The notes: generated by a model from the sequence alone, not told the origin. A stretch of DNA of 64,000 bases from Alphaproteobacteria bacterium (GCA_017427715.1 JAFRSF010000024.1:30268-94267), one strand, 5' to 3'. Positions 39,736 to 48,790 are shown, counted from the first letter of the stretch. Numbers and translations are program-made.

Positions 39736-39971
39736 AAAAACCGGCTGCAACTCCGCCGACGGCTGATGCAGAGCAAGAATACGATCCTGCCAAAGACGAT
39801 TCTTTATCGGCTGAAGAAAAAAAAGCAGCAATGCAATTTGAAATTAACAGTTCAAATTCAGAACTGGCAGATAGATTGGATGATGACTTTTTAACAGATG
39901 ATGCGAAAAAAGATATTACTAAAGAGTACTTACAGAAAAATAAGGCCATTAAGGATAGGTATGGGGCGTAA
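39702..39971 (+). other. open -1 frame continuing the preceding gene (no start codon before codon 44)
   Basis: Protein-like translation: ..EKPAATPPTADAEQEYDPAKDDSLSAEEKKAAMQFEINSSNSELADRL..DRYGA*. There is no ATG/GTG/TTG until the MQFE codon. Confidence 0.35.
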
Positions 39972-39995
39972 ACTATAAAAACAAAACTAAACAAA

Positions 39996-41123
39996 ATGAA
40001 AATAACAAATAAAATCTTAACTGCAATTTTGATATGCCTGCCGATGGTTGGATGGGCGGATGTTGACGTGTTTTCTATTACAGGTGCAAAAGATACGAAT
40101 GAATTGCAAAACAACACTGGAAAAGTATTAAAATCTGTATTGGATAACGAAAAATACAAAGATATTCCACAAGAAACAAAAGATCAGATTTTGGCTGATG
40201 CAAATAAAGCAATGGGATTTGATACAGGTACCAAAAGTTCTGTTGATAAGAAAAAAGTTGCTGACGCACAAAAGAAACTGGATGAAGCAAAGGCAAATCA
40301 ACAATCTTTGGCAAACAGAACATTGACTGCGGCATCTATTGCAACAATGGGAATTGGTGGTATGCAACTGGCCCAAGGTATCGCAGAAAAACAGGCAGAC
40401 AGTGCCGCCGACAAAGATATGGAAGCATACATTGCAACAATGCGTTGCACATATGGTGGTGGTCATTCTGTTAAATTTGGTACAGAACCGATTGAATTAC
40501 CGAGCGGTAATAATTCTGAATTGATGAAATATCGTTCTGAATATATTGCTTTGGCAACCAGTTTAAAAGAACGCAAAACTGCACTGGATTTAAAACCAGG
40601 CATTGAAGCAGAAGAAATATTGGATAAAGCAACGGCTGGATTATATGACGATGAAAATGTCGGCATAACTGGCGGCGCATACGCATCTCGTTATCGTGCA
40701 GCGGCGGGTAATGACAAAGATTCCAAAGGTCTGGCATCTGCCAAGAAAGAAGCAAAAAATCGTATGATTGCGGGCGGCGTAATTGCTGGGGTTGGGTTGG
40801 TTGGTTCTATGGTTGGCAACAGTATTATCAATGGTAAATTGGGCGAATTGATTAAAGAATCACGCGCAGACAAGAAAAAAAGTAAAGACCATGATGCCAC
40901 TGTGAAATCTATTAAACAGGCATTGAAAGCCAAGGGCTATACAAACGTAGACAGTTTGAATTTTGATAATGTTGATGTTGGGGCATTAAAAGATGCCGAT
41001 TTCAGCAAACTAAAAGAACCAGAATCTGGCAAACGTGATGCAACATCGTTAATCAGCACAGCGAATGCAACTTCTTTGACCAGTTCTTTCAAAGATTTAG
41101 GGGTACAAGGCACCGAAGATTAA
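39996..41123 (+). CDS. secreted/membrane-anchored coiled-coil protein
   Basis: Signal peptide (..PMVGWA), coiled-coil-like K/A/D-rich region, one internal TM helix (MIAGGVIAGVGLVGSMVG). Confidence 0.55.
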   Translation: MKITNKILTAILICLPMVGWADVDVFSITGAKDTNELQNNTGKVLKSVLDNEKYKDIPQETKDQILADANKAMGFDTGTKSSVDKKKVADAQKKLDEAKANQQSLANRTLTAASIATMGIGGMQLAQGIAEKQADSAADKDMEAYIATMRCTYGGGHSVKFGTEPIELPSGNNSELMKYRSEYIALATSLKERKTALDLKPGIEAEEILDKATAGLYDDENVGITGGAYASRYRAAAGNDKDSKGLASAKKEAKNRMIAGGVIAGVGLVGSMVGNSIINGKLGELIKESRADKKKSKDHDATVKSIKQALKAKGYTNVDSLNFDNVDVGALKDADFSKLKEPESGKRDATSLISTANATSLTSSFKDLGVQGTED

Positions 41124-41127
41124 TTAA

Positions 41128-42300
41128 ATGAAATATAAAATAATATTTTCTTTATTGTTAATTTTTATATCAACACATCCTGCAATATGTGCAAAAGGAA
41201 GTGTTGTTGATATTCAGGAAGTTATTAATGCTGGTGGTGAAGTGATAATACGAAAAGCAGACGGAAAAACACCCGTTGCTAAGGTGCGAAAACAAAAAAA
41301 CAGTTCCGATGAAGATGATTTTGTTGTTGATTCACGTGACGATGAAGATGACGATTTGGACGATGATGATGCTGGCACAGACGCGCCACAAGAATCACAA
41401 AATTCACAGCAATCGTTTATTGATTATTGCCAAACCATTGATGGCACCTTAATGCATGAAAATAAAGAATGTAAATTGCTAATTACAACCCCTGTTGAAT
41501 ATGCTAAAATTGGTGGTTTGTTTGAAACAATAAAAGAAAAACTTAAAATTTGTGAAAAAGAATACCATTACAATTCTGAAAATGAATGGGAAATTATGTG
41601 TAGTGCTGGTACACTGAAAATCACTATTTGGGATGTAACCTGCCCTGATGGTCAAACTTTTAATTCTGATTCTGGTAAATGCGATACAGTGGATTCTGCA
41701 GATGCCCAACCCGAACAGCCCGCAGATAGTGCCGGCACCGCACCAGCAGAAGAAAATCCAAAATCAGAACCCGCCGCCCAGGCAAATGCACCGGTGGCAG
41801 CGGAAAGTGCCGAATCTGCTGAAACACAACCGGCACCAGCCCCATCTGGAACACAAACATCTGCATCACGTTTAAAATCTGTGCCAGAAAATGCAGAACA
41901 ATGTAAAGAAGACATTCGCGTTGATGTCGTGGAAATTGTTGAAAGCCAATCACCAAAAACAAAATTAATTCCAAAATCCGATTGGACACATATAGAAGAA
42001 CAATATATAGAATATGAATCCCAGCATGAATCTGGCGATATCAAAATAACCGCAATGGAATATTTAAAACGTGAAATGGTTGAATTATATTGTGACGGTG
42101 TGGGTGACAGCAATACGGCAAAAAACGATGCCGAATCTGCCGAACCAGGTAACAGCAATAACGCAAATACCGATGAATCCAAACCAAGCACGGAAGAAAA
42201 CGCCAATACAGATGCAATGAACAAATTAATAAATGAATTAAAAGGTGAAGTTAATCAAATTGTTACTGCATTTAATACAAAGAAAAAAACACTAAAATAA
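41128..42300 (+). CDS. secreted acidic protein with conserved C-terminal KLINELK..IVTAFN.KK motif
   Basis: Signal peptide (..HPAICA), D/E run and PA-rich low complexity. The C-terminal motif is shared with the next ORF. Confidence 0.55.
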   Translation: MKYKIIFSLLLIFISTHPAICAKGSVVDIQEVINAGGEVIIRKADGKTPVAKVRKQKNSSDEDDFVVDSRDDEDDDLDDDDAGTDAPQESQNSQQSFIDYCQTIDGTLMHENKECKLLITTPVEYAKIGGLFETIKEKLKICEKEYHYNSENEWEIMCSAGTLKITIWDVTCPDGQTFNSDSGKCDTVDSADAQPEQPADSAGTAPAEENPKSEPAAQANAPVAAESAESAETQPAPAPSGTQTSASRLKSVPENAEQCKEDIRVDVVEIVESQSPKTKLIPKSDWTHIEEQYIEYESQHESGDIKITAMEYLKREMVELYCDGVGDSNTAKNDAESAEPGNSNNANTDESKPSTEENANTDAMNKLINELKGEVNQIVTAFNTKKKTLK

Positions 42301-42366
42301 AAATCGCTATAAAGGGGTTCACAAATGGCTGTACACCGCGGAATGCTAGAGAGAGAGAGTAAATAT

Positions 42367-43188
42367 ATGTTCTGCCCTTCCCGTTTTTTTGTTTGTTTGA
42401 TTACTTACGCAATCGTTATGTTGGGTGGGATTTCGGTATCTGTTGCTGATAATTTGTTTTCTTTGAGTGATACTGATTATATTACTATTTCCGATTTTGA
42501 AAACAATGGTGTTGCATCTGTCACGGCTGCAGAATCGTTAATTGAACAATCAAAATACAAAGATAAAATGGTACCACCATGCAGTAACAACGTTCATGCG
42601 GACAGACCATATATTCAATGCCCTGTATCAGAACAAAGTAAATCTAAAAAATATTACAGATTTTATTTTATGTCTTTGGGATCCGACACATCAGGACAAC
42701 CAAGTTATCCAACCACTGTGTCGGTCAATATGCCTTTGACACCAGCCGCCGCCGCGCTATATGTAGAAGATTATAAAAAAAGAAAACAAATTGATTTAAC
42801 GGATTGTGAACTCAACGAAACTGACCAATCTATTACTTGTAATAATCCAGATAATACGAAATGCACGTTTACATTCTCAAAGTTTATAAATGAAAATCAA
42901 TTTGAAAACGATACAGCAGAATCTCATGAAGACGCACAAGACAAAGTTATGGAATATGCGGGCTGTTCCGGCACAAGTTGGGCCGCCAAAAACCAAAATA
43001 TTGTAAATTGCAGAGTTGATGGTGATGGTTTCCAACAAGAATTCAAATTCAACTTTAAAGAAATTAAAAACCCGTCTTGGTCCGAAGAACAACAAAAATT
43101 AATATCTGAACTGAAATCTGATATTCAAATAGTTGTTGATGCTTTTAACAACAAAAAAGCAGAATTGGAAAAAACAGACAAAAAATAA
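42367..43188 (+). CDS. secreted protein with conserved C-terminal KLISELK..IVVDAFN.KK motif
   Basis: Start moved to MFCPSRFF.. (hydrophobic signal/anchor). The C-terminal motif is shared with 41128..42300. Confidence 0.5.
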   Translation: MFCPSRFFVCLITYAIVMLGGISVSVADNLFSLSDTDYITISDFENNGVASVTAAESLIEQSKYKDKMVPPCSNNVHADRPYIQCPVSEQSKSKKYYRFYFMSLGSDTSGQPSYPTTVSVNMPLTPAAAALYVEDYKKRKQIDLTDCELNETDQSITCNNPDNTKCTFTFSKFINENQFENDTAESHEDAQDKVMEYAGCSGTSWAAKNQNIVNCRVDGDGFQQEFKFNFKEIKNPSWSEEQQKLISELKSDIQIVVDAFNNKKAELEKTDKK

Positions 43189-43193
43189 AACGC

Positions 43194-43437
43194 TATTATT
43201 TGTTCCCCGCCCGTGGCGGTCAGACAGCCCATCGGGCTGTGTCATTGCGAGCGAAGCGTGGCAATCCAGGTAAATCAGTGTTCGGCTTTGCCGAACTACT
43301 TTTTTTATTGACCTGGATGCTCACACTCGCTTTGCTTGTTCAGCATGACACAACTGCGTTGTGTTAACCTCCCTCCCGTCCTGCGGACGTACTCCCCCCA
43401 AGGGGAGAATCTTATTGGTTCCCCACCCATGGCGTTG
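43194..43437. repeat. GC-rich nested-hairpin element bounded by 23-bp imperfect direct repeats
   Basis: Direct repeats are TTATTTGTTCCCCGCCCGTGGCG (43196..43218) and TTATTGGTTCCCCACCCATGGCG (43412..43434), 20/23 identical. It contains several perfect 6-7 bp hairpins and a long imperfect hairpin (43239..43351). Confidence 0.6.
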
Positions 43438-43451
43438 GAACTGGTATACCA

Positions 43452-43483
43452 ACAAAAAAACAAAGCGCTGTCCAACAGACAGC
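43452..43483 (-). terminator. rho-independent terminator of rplI
   Basis: GCTGTC/GACAGC stem followed by a T-rich run on the minus strand. Confidence 0.55.
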
Positions 43484-43511
43484 ACTTTTATTTCAAACCA
43501 ATAAATCCAAA

Positions 43512-44114
43512 TTATTCTGCAACTTTTTCTGATTTTTCAGATTTTTTTGCTGATTTAGCAGTTTCTTCAGATTTTGCTTCTTCTGCTTTGTCTTCTGTTG
43601 ATTCTTCTTCTACTTTCTTGGTTCCAAAGGTCAATTTTTTACCTGCAACCAACGCATCAATTTCATCTTGTGACTGTGCAACATAAACTTTGACATCAAC
43701 TATAACATCTGGATGTAAAGCAATTTTTGTATCAAACACACCCACAGATTTAATTGGTGAACCCAACATAACCTGAGCAGAACCAATATTGACACCTGCA
43801 ATTTCTTTCAACGCAACTGCAATATCACGCGAAGACACAGAACCATATAATTGACCTGTATCACCCGCCTGACGAATCATATGCAATTTTGCGTTCTTAA
43901 CAACATCAACATGTGATTGGGCATCTGCTTTTGCTTTTTCGTGACGCGCAACCAATTCTGCTTTTTGTGCTTCGAACAAAGCGACATTTTCTTTTGTAAA
44001 ACGCATGGCCTTGTTGTTTGGCAACAAATAATTACGAGCATAACCAGTTTTAACTTCAACTGTATCACCAATGTTGCCTAATTTTGTAATTTTTTCTGTT
44101 AAAATAACTTTCAT
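43512..44114 (-). CDS. rplI: 50S ribosomal protein L9 (with acidic/Lys-rich C-terminal extension)
   Basis: MKVILTEKITKLGNIGDTVEVKTGYARNYLLP. Confidence 0.92.
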   Translation of the reverse strand: MKVILTEKITKLGNIGDTVEVKTGYARNYLLPNNKAMRFTKENVALFEAQKAELVARHEKAKADAQSHVDVVKNAKLHMIRQAGDTGQLYGSVSSRDIAVALKEIAGVNIGSAQVMLGSPIKSVGVFDTKIALHPDVIVDVKVYVAQSQDEIDALVAGKKLTFGTKKVEEESTEDKAEEAKSEETAKSAKKSEKSEKVAE

Positions 44115-44149
44115 TTTATCTGTCCTTTTTTTAATTAAAAAGTTAGAGA

Positions 44150-44377
44150 TTAACCCAAATTATTACGAACAAAAGGCATTAATCCCAAATGACGCGCACG
44201 TTTAATAGCAATCGCCAATGCACGTTGATCTTTCTGAGAAACCCCAGAAATACGAGATGGAACAATTTTTCCACGTTCTGTGATGTAATGAGATAACAAT
44301 TTTACATCTTTGTAATCAATAACTTTGCCCTTTAATGGGTTAGATTTTTTACGATAAATTGCTGCACGAACTGCCAT
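44150..44377 (-). CDS. rpsR: 30S ribosomal protein S18
   Basis: 75 aa with ..[36 protein letters not shown].. Confidence 0.92.
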   Translation of the reverse strand: MAVRAAIYRKKSNPLKGKVIDYKDVKLLSHYITERGKIVPSRISGVSQKDQRALAIAIKRARHLGLMPFVRNNLG

Positions 44378-44718
44378 TATGCCACCTCTTCTTCTGTATT
44401 TTTCTTCATCATAACGGATGGTGTTTTAGATAATTCTTCAACACGAACGTTTAAGAAACGAATAACATCTTCGTCAATTCTGGAACGACGTTCCAATTCT
44501 GTAATCTGTGAACCCGGCAATTCAATATTCAGCATTACATAATGCGCTTTGCGATTTTTGCGAATTACATAAGCAAGATTTTTTAATCCCCAAAACTCTG
44601 TAGATTTTACATCGCCACCCAATTCTTTGATGATTGCTGTGAATTTTTCCGCTTTTTCTTTTACCTGCGGTTCGGTCAAATCTTGGCGAAAAACCAAGAC
44701 ACTTTCATAATAAGCCAT
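44377..44718 (-). CDS. rpsF: 30S ribosomal protein S6
   Basis: [14 protein letters not shown].. Sits in the conserved rpsF-rpsR-rplI order. Confidence 0.92.
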   Translation of the reverse strand: MAYYESVLVFRQDLTEPQVKEKAEKFTAIIKELGGDVKSTEFWGLKNLAYVIRKNRKAHYVMLNIELPGSQITELERRSRIDEDVIRFLNVRVEELSKTPSVMMKKNTEEEVA

Positions 44719-44845
44719 TTTATTTCCTTTGGTTTATAACAGCCGACAACCCCATGTCATCAGCAGGAACAAACCAATTATGCAGTTTTTTTATAAAAAA
44801 TCAAGTATTTTTACACAGATTATATAATTACGAATTAAATCCCTA

Positions 44846-44875
44846 TTGACACACACCAAAATAATTTATTATGAT
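44846..44875 (+). promoter_or_regulatory. candidate sigma70-like promoter of the stator-like pair
   Basis: TTGACA, 18 nt spacer, TATGAT, ending 23 nt before the ATG at 44899. Confidence 0.35.
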
Positions 44876-44898
44876 TTGTGTATATCGAGGGATTTATT

Positions 44899-46047
44899 AT
44901 GAAAAAGTTTCACAGAAACCTTAATATTATGTCACTTTTTACAGCGGCTTTGTTGGTCGTTGTGTTGTTGTTTTGGCGTACTGTAATGAATATAGCGGTA
45001 TCTAATGTGTTGTTAAACGGTATAATTATTGGTACTACGATTTTTGGAATTGGACTGTGTTTTGTTAATATTTTCAAATTGTTGCCAGAGTACAAATGGT
45101 TGCATGCGTATTTTGATGGTCGTGCAATTTCTGGCTTTGTACCGAAATTGCTACGTCCTGTGGCGTTGGCTTTGCGTAACAGACACACACATATAAATAC
45201 TGCAACATTGACAGATTTATTAGATTTGGTTTCTATCCGCATCGAAGATGAACGTGATTCTGTGCGTTACGTGACGAATACTCTGATTTTTTTGGGGTTA
45301 TTGGGAACTTTCTGGGGATTGATTTTGACAGTCGGTGGATTTGCGGAATTACTGATGGGACTGGATTTTAACGATGCATCAGTTTTGCAAAACATGCAGA
45401 TGGGATTGGCAAAACCTTTAAGTGGTATGGCAACCGCGTTCACCAGTTCTTTGCTTGGTCTGGCGGGCAGTTTGGCTGTTGGGTTCTTGGGATTACAATT
45501 ACAATTTGCACAAAACACTATTTTCCAAGATTTGACTGATTTTATGTCTAAATACGTTTTGCAAAAACCAGATATAAATCCACAATCTGTTGAATTGATT
45601 CAAAAAGCACCTGTAAATGAAGGTATTTATAACAAAATATCTGATATGTATGATGCATTTTTGGATAATGGTTATGAAATCAGTGATATTATCAGAATTG
45701 ATGGAAAACATCCTGCATTGGTTGCAATTGGAACAAACGAGACAATGTTTATTGCCACACCAAAAATTGATTCCGAAACGTTAAAAAATGTTGCTAAACG
45801 TATTGAATTGTGTTTTGCAGACACTTTGGAAGGTGTGACCATCAATTTCAAGATTTTATGTGTATCTGGACGCAAAGAAGAATCAACAAACAATATAATC
45901 TATTTCGCGTCTGTTGATACATTGCGCAAATATCTGGAAAAACATAGAAATATTCGTCCAAAAACACAACAAGATTGGGAAACTTTTGATGCGTACGCGG
46001 AATATATTCGTGTTGCAACAGAATATTTATTCAAACCGAACAAATAA
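44899..46047 (+). CDS. MotA/TolQ/ExbB-family proton-channel protein with ~160-aa extra C-terminal domain
   Basis: Four TM helices. LIFLGLLGTFWGLILTVGG and MATAFTSSLLGLAGSLAVGF are typical of the family. The C-terminal soluble domain is not recognised. Confidence 0.7.
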   Translation: MKKFHRNLNIMSLFTAALLVVVLLFWRTVMNIAVSNVLLNGIIIGTTIFGIGLCFVNIFKLLPEYKWLHAYFDGRAISGFVPKLLRPVALALRNRHTHINTATLTDLLDLVSIRIEDERDSVRYVTNTLIFLGLLGTFWGLILTVGGFAELLMGLDFNDASVLQNMQMGLAKPLSGMATAFTSSLLGLAGSLAVGFLGLQLQFAQNTIFQDLTDFMSKYVLQKPDINPQSVELIQKAPVNEGIYNKISDMYDAFLDNGYEISDIIRIDGKHPALVAIGTNETMFIATPKIDSETLKNVAKRIELCFADTLEGVTINFKILCVSGRKEESTNNIIYFASVDTLRKYLEKHRNIRPKTQQDWETFDAYAEYIRVATEYLFKPNK

Positions 46048-46070
46048 AATTAAAACCACAGGGGGGAAAC

Positions 46071-47186
46071 ATGTTAAATATTCGTTATCGTGAAAAAACA
46101 AATGCTTGGCCTGGATTCGTAGATTTGTTTTCAAATCTGGTTATTATTTTGATTTTCTTGTTAATTGTGTTTGTGTTTTTATGGACAACAACAAACGTAT
46201 TTAACAAAAATACTAATGCCAAAAAAATGGCGGAACTGGAACAAACTACCCAGGCCCAAGCAGAAGAAATTGTCCAAATGACAGAAGACACTGTGACTGC
46301 TACTGAATTGTTGGTACGTGCCAGAGATGCCCTTGAAACCCAAGAACAAGAAAAAGCCGTATTGGCAGACACTTTTGAGCAGCAAAAGGAAGACATTGCA
46401 AATGCATATGAACAAAAATTGGCGGAATTAACAACTCAGAAAAATGACATTGCCAAACAATATGAAAATCAAATTGCAGAACTGCAAAGCAAATTGCAAC
46501 AGGCAATATCTGACAAAGATAAATTGGTAGAAAAAGAAACTGAACAAAACGAATTGAATAATCAATTGATTGCTGAAAAAAACAATTTGAGTAATCGTAT
46601 AACCGAATTGACGAATCAACTAAACCAAGCAGAAGAATTAGCAAAACAACAAGATGTTGAATATGTTGAAATGTCAAACCGTTTAAATAAAGCATTGGCC
46701 GATAAAATTGCTGAATTGAATGCTATGGCACAATATCAATCTGAATTTTATAAACAGGTAAAAAATGCCCTGGGTGACAGAACCGTGATAAAACAAGACG
46801 GCGACAGATTTATCGTATCCAGCGATATTTTATTCCCCAGCGGTTCTTATAAAATAAGCCAAAACGGTAAATCTCAATTAAGAATACTGGCAAATATTAT
46901 CAAGGACTTTGAAGAAAAAATCCCGACAGATATTGATTGGATTATACGTGTTGATGGACACACTGATAACAAAGATGTTGTACGCGGAACACGTGGATAT
47001 ACCAACAATATGCAATTATCATTATTACGTGCCACAGCAGTCACAAATGAATTGGTAAAAAATGGTGTGTCAAAGCGCAGATTGGTTCCATCTGGATTTG
47101 GTGAAATGCACCCTATTGCATTGGGCAACGATGCAGCCAGTTTACAGAAAAACCGCCGCATAGAATTACAGTTGACTAATAAATAA
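46071..47186 (+). CDS. MotB-like protein: TM with conserved Asp, ~170-aa coiled coil, OmpA-type peptidoglycan-binding domain
   Basis: AWPGFVDLFSNLVIILIFLL (MotB-like TM helix plus Asp), heptad-rich Q/E/L region, C-terminal ..VDGHTDN..NMQLSLLRA..NRRIEL. Confidence 0.75.
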   Translation: MLNIRYREKTNAWPGFVDLFSNLVIILIFLLIVFVFLWTTTNVFNKNTNAKKMAELEQTTQAQAEEIVQMTEDTVTATELLVRARDALETQEQEKAVLADTFEQQKEDIANAYEQKLAELTTQKNDIAKQYENQIAELQSKLQQAISDKDKLVEKETEQNELNNQLIAEKNNLSNRITELTNQLNQAEELAKQQDVEYVEMSNRLNKALADKIAELNAMAQYQSEFYKQVKNALGDRTVIKQDGDRFIVSSDILFPSGSYKISQNGKSQLRILANIIKDFEEKIPTDIDWIIRVDGHTDNKDVVRGTRGYTNNMQLSLLRATAVTNELVKNGVSKRRLVPSGFGEMHPIALGNDAASLQKNRRIELQLTNK

Positions 47187-47207
47187 TGACGTTTTGAATC
47201 CAATTCC

Positions 47208-47239
47208 AAAAAAACACCGCCAAATGGGCGGTGTTTTTT
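47208..47239. terminator. bidirectional rho-independent terminator
   Basis: CACCGCC/GGCGGTG stem flanked by A7 and T6 runs. Confidence 0.7.
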
Positions 47240-47252
47240 AAATGTGATTCTG

Positions 47253-47510
47253 TTATTTTCCCAAACTTCTTCTCAATGCACAAACATCCGCCAATAACTG
47301 TTTGGTTTGTTCTGCAAACAAAGATACTTGATGCTTTAAAACGTACATCTGCAGTTCAGGGTTGCTTCCTATCTCGTCCCCGATTTCTTTTCTGATTACA
47401 GCAGGTATGTTTTTATCATTCAAATCAATCAAATATTTTGTCATTTTTTCTTTTTTAATATTCGCTTTGATTTCATCTTGTCGATAAAATGCGGGTATAC
47501 TTTTATTCAT
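47253..47510 (-). CDS. hypothetical protein (85 aa)
   Basis: ORF with tight spacing to the upstream ORF. No motif recognised. Confidence 0.4.
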   Translation of the reverse strand: MNKSIPAFYRQDEIKANIKKEKMTKYLIDLNDKNIPAVIRKEIGDEIGSNPELQMYVLKHQVSLFAEQTKQLLADVCALRRSLGK

Positions 47511-47526
47511 GTTTTTATCCTTTGAT

Positions 47527-48198
47527 TTATTTTTCTTGCTCTTTGACCTGTTTTAACAGTTTAGCATAATGTGGAAACTGAGACAAATCATTTATATCAG
47601 GCATTTTTTCACCAGGTTTTAAATCAACAACTTCTTTTTTTCGCCCTATTTCATTTCGCATATTTAATAATTCTTTTAAATCGGCAACTTCTGCATTTTC
47701 ATTGTTTGCAATGACAGTCAAAGCACGTTTAATATCTGATTCTTTGGTCAAACCTGCATTGTATGCAAACGCATGCAAAACATGATATTGTGCTTTGATA
47801 TCTGGCAATATATTTGGTAAATCTGCAAAAACTTTGAACGCCGCCACAGAATCCAAAGGTCTTGATTTATGCGGAAACAGCAAATATATTGCGTTCCATA
47901 AATCTATAAATGCTTTTGTCTGTGGAGAATTCGGATTTTTCCTGATAAAAAATACTAATTGATTCAAATATATTTTATCTTCAACAATTTGCGCATTATA
48001 TTGTAATTTCCATAATTCAGAAAATTTTTTGGTATCATGTACAACGACTTCAACATCTTGAAAAGCCATCTTATCTTTGATGTTTTCTGATTTAATTCCA
48101 GCAACACAATCAAACAATGCTCTGTTAAAATCCCACACTGTGTCTATGGCACGTACAAATCTGTTTTTATCGAAAATGAACTGTGGTGTCTGTGTCAT
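47527..48198 (-). CDS. hypothetical protein (223 aa)
   Basis: ORF with an RBS (AGAGG). No motif recognised. Confidence 0.45.
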   Translation of the reverse strand: MTQTPQFIFDKNRFVRAIDTVWDFNRALFDCVAGIKSENIKDKMAFQDVEVVVHDTKKFSELWKLQYNAQIVEDKIYLNQLVFFIRKNPNSPQTKAFIDLWNAIYLLFPHKSRPLDSVAAFKVFADLPNILPDIKAQYHVLHAFAYNAGLTKESDIKRALTVIANNENAEVADLKELLNMRNEIGRKKEVVDLKPGEKMPDINDLSQFPHYAKLLKQVKEQEK

Positions 48199-48346
48199 AT
48201 CAAACCTCTTGTTTGTTTTGTTAACCCACCGATGTATATCATGATAGCCGAAAATATAACTTTGTCAATCGTTTTTAACAAATAACAAATTATGCACAAA
48301 ATATATTTGCAATTTATAAAAATACAGTTATAATAAAACAAGTTTT

Positions 48347-48423
<77 letters not shown>

Positions 48424-48431
48424 GAAAATTC

Positions 48432-48458
48432 AAACCACCACTTTTGTGGTGGTTTTAA
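48432..48458 (+). terminator. hairpin terminator directly after tRNA-Pro(UGG)
   Basis: AAACCACCAC/GTGGTGGTTT 10-bp stem followed by a T-run. Confidence 0.6.
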
Positions 48459-48485
48459 TTTTGTGTTCTGGCGAAATTTGGATTT

Positions 48486-48592
48486 GATACATCACAACGA
48501 AGTTGTCAGGTTCGACAAGCAGTAGATTTTGCAAGCGCAAGCGTAGCGAAATCGTCACGATTGCCCCACAGACACGAAGTGTCGAGGGAATC
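48486..48592 (+). other. conserved tRNA-Pro-linked block, copy A (candidate structured RNA or integrative-element arm)
   Basis: About 75% identical to 54210..54309. Three hairpins have co-varying stems and the linkers between them are conserved. Confidence 0.5.
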
Positions 48593-48610
48593 TCTCGCCC
48601 CGACCAGAAA
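48593..48610 (+). repeat. 18-nt exact direct repeat of the tRNA-Pro(UGG) 3' end plus flank (att-like)
   Basis: TCTCGCCCCGACCAGAAA is identical to 48410..48427. Confidence 0.9.
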
Positions 48611-48614
48611 GATT

Positions 48615-48644
48615 AAACCGTTCGTTAAGAGCGGTTTTATTTTG
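48615..48644 (+). terminator. hairpin terminator-like structure after the repeat
   Basis: AAACCG/CGGTTT stem followed by a T-run. Confidence 0.4.
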
Positions 48645-48790
48645 GTTTCCAATACTTGCAATTAGTTTGAAAACTGTGTTTTTGGAAATGGCTATTTTTT
48701 AACATATTCTCGGACTTGTTACAAAAATATTGAAAAATATTATTGTTGTTATATAATCCCGTTGAACAAACAACATTTATCAAAAATGCT

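Noticed and set aside
39210-40159. Long minus-strand ORFs (188 aa and 205 aa) overlapping the 3' end of 38293..39735 and the start of 39996..41123
   Set aside because: They lie antisense to K/E/D-rich low-complexity coding sequence. Their translations are Ser/Phe/Leu-rich junk with no RBS or motif. The plus-strand genes have signal peptides and family motifs.
41652-42224. 190-aa and 109-aa minus-strand ORFs inside 41128..42300
   Set aside because: They are shadow ORFs opposite a PA/E-rich low-complexity region, with no start context.
44899-47186. Zorya anti-phage system (ZorA/ZorB)
   Set aside because: No ZorC/D/E-like genes are adjacent. The long coiled coil is on the MotB-like rather than the MotA-like subunit. 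The downstream genes are convergent small unknowns. It is kept as an unusual stator pair, not called Zorya.
48486-48610. Two-piece (permuted) tmRNA, or a second tRNA gene, as the explanation for the duplicated tRNA 3' ends
   Set aside because: The T-loop is missing from the duplicated part and no 5' acceptor-strand partner is conserved between the copies. No tag-peptide ORF is present. Each repeat copies its adjacent tRNA, including the non-tRNA flank.
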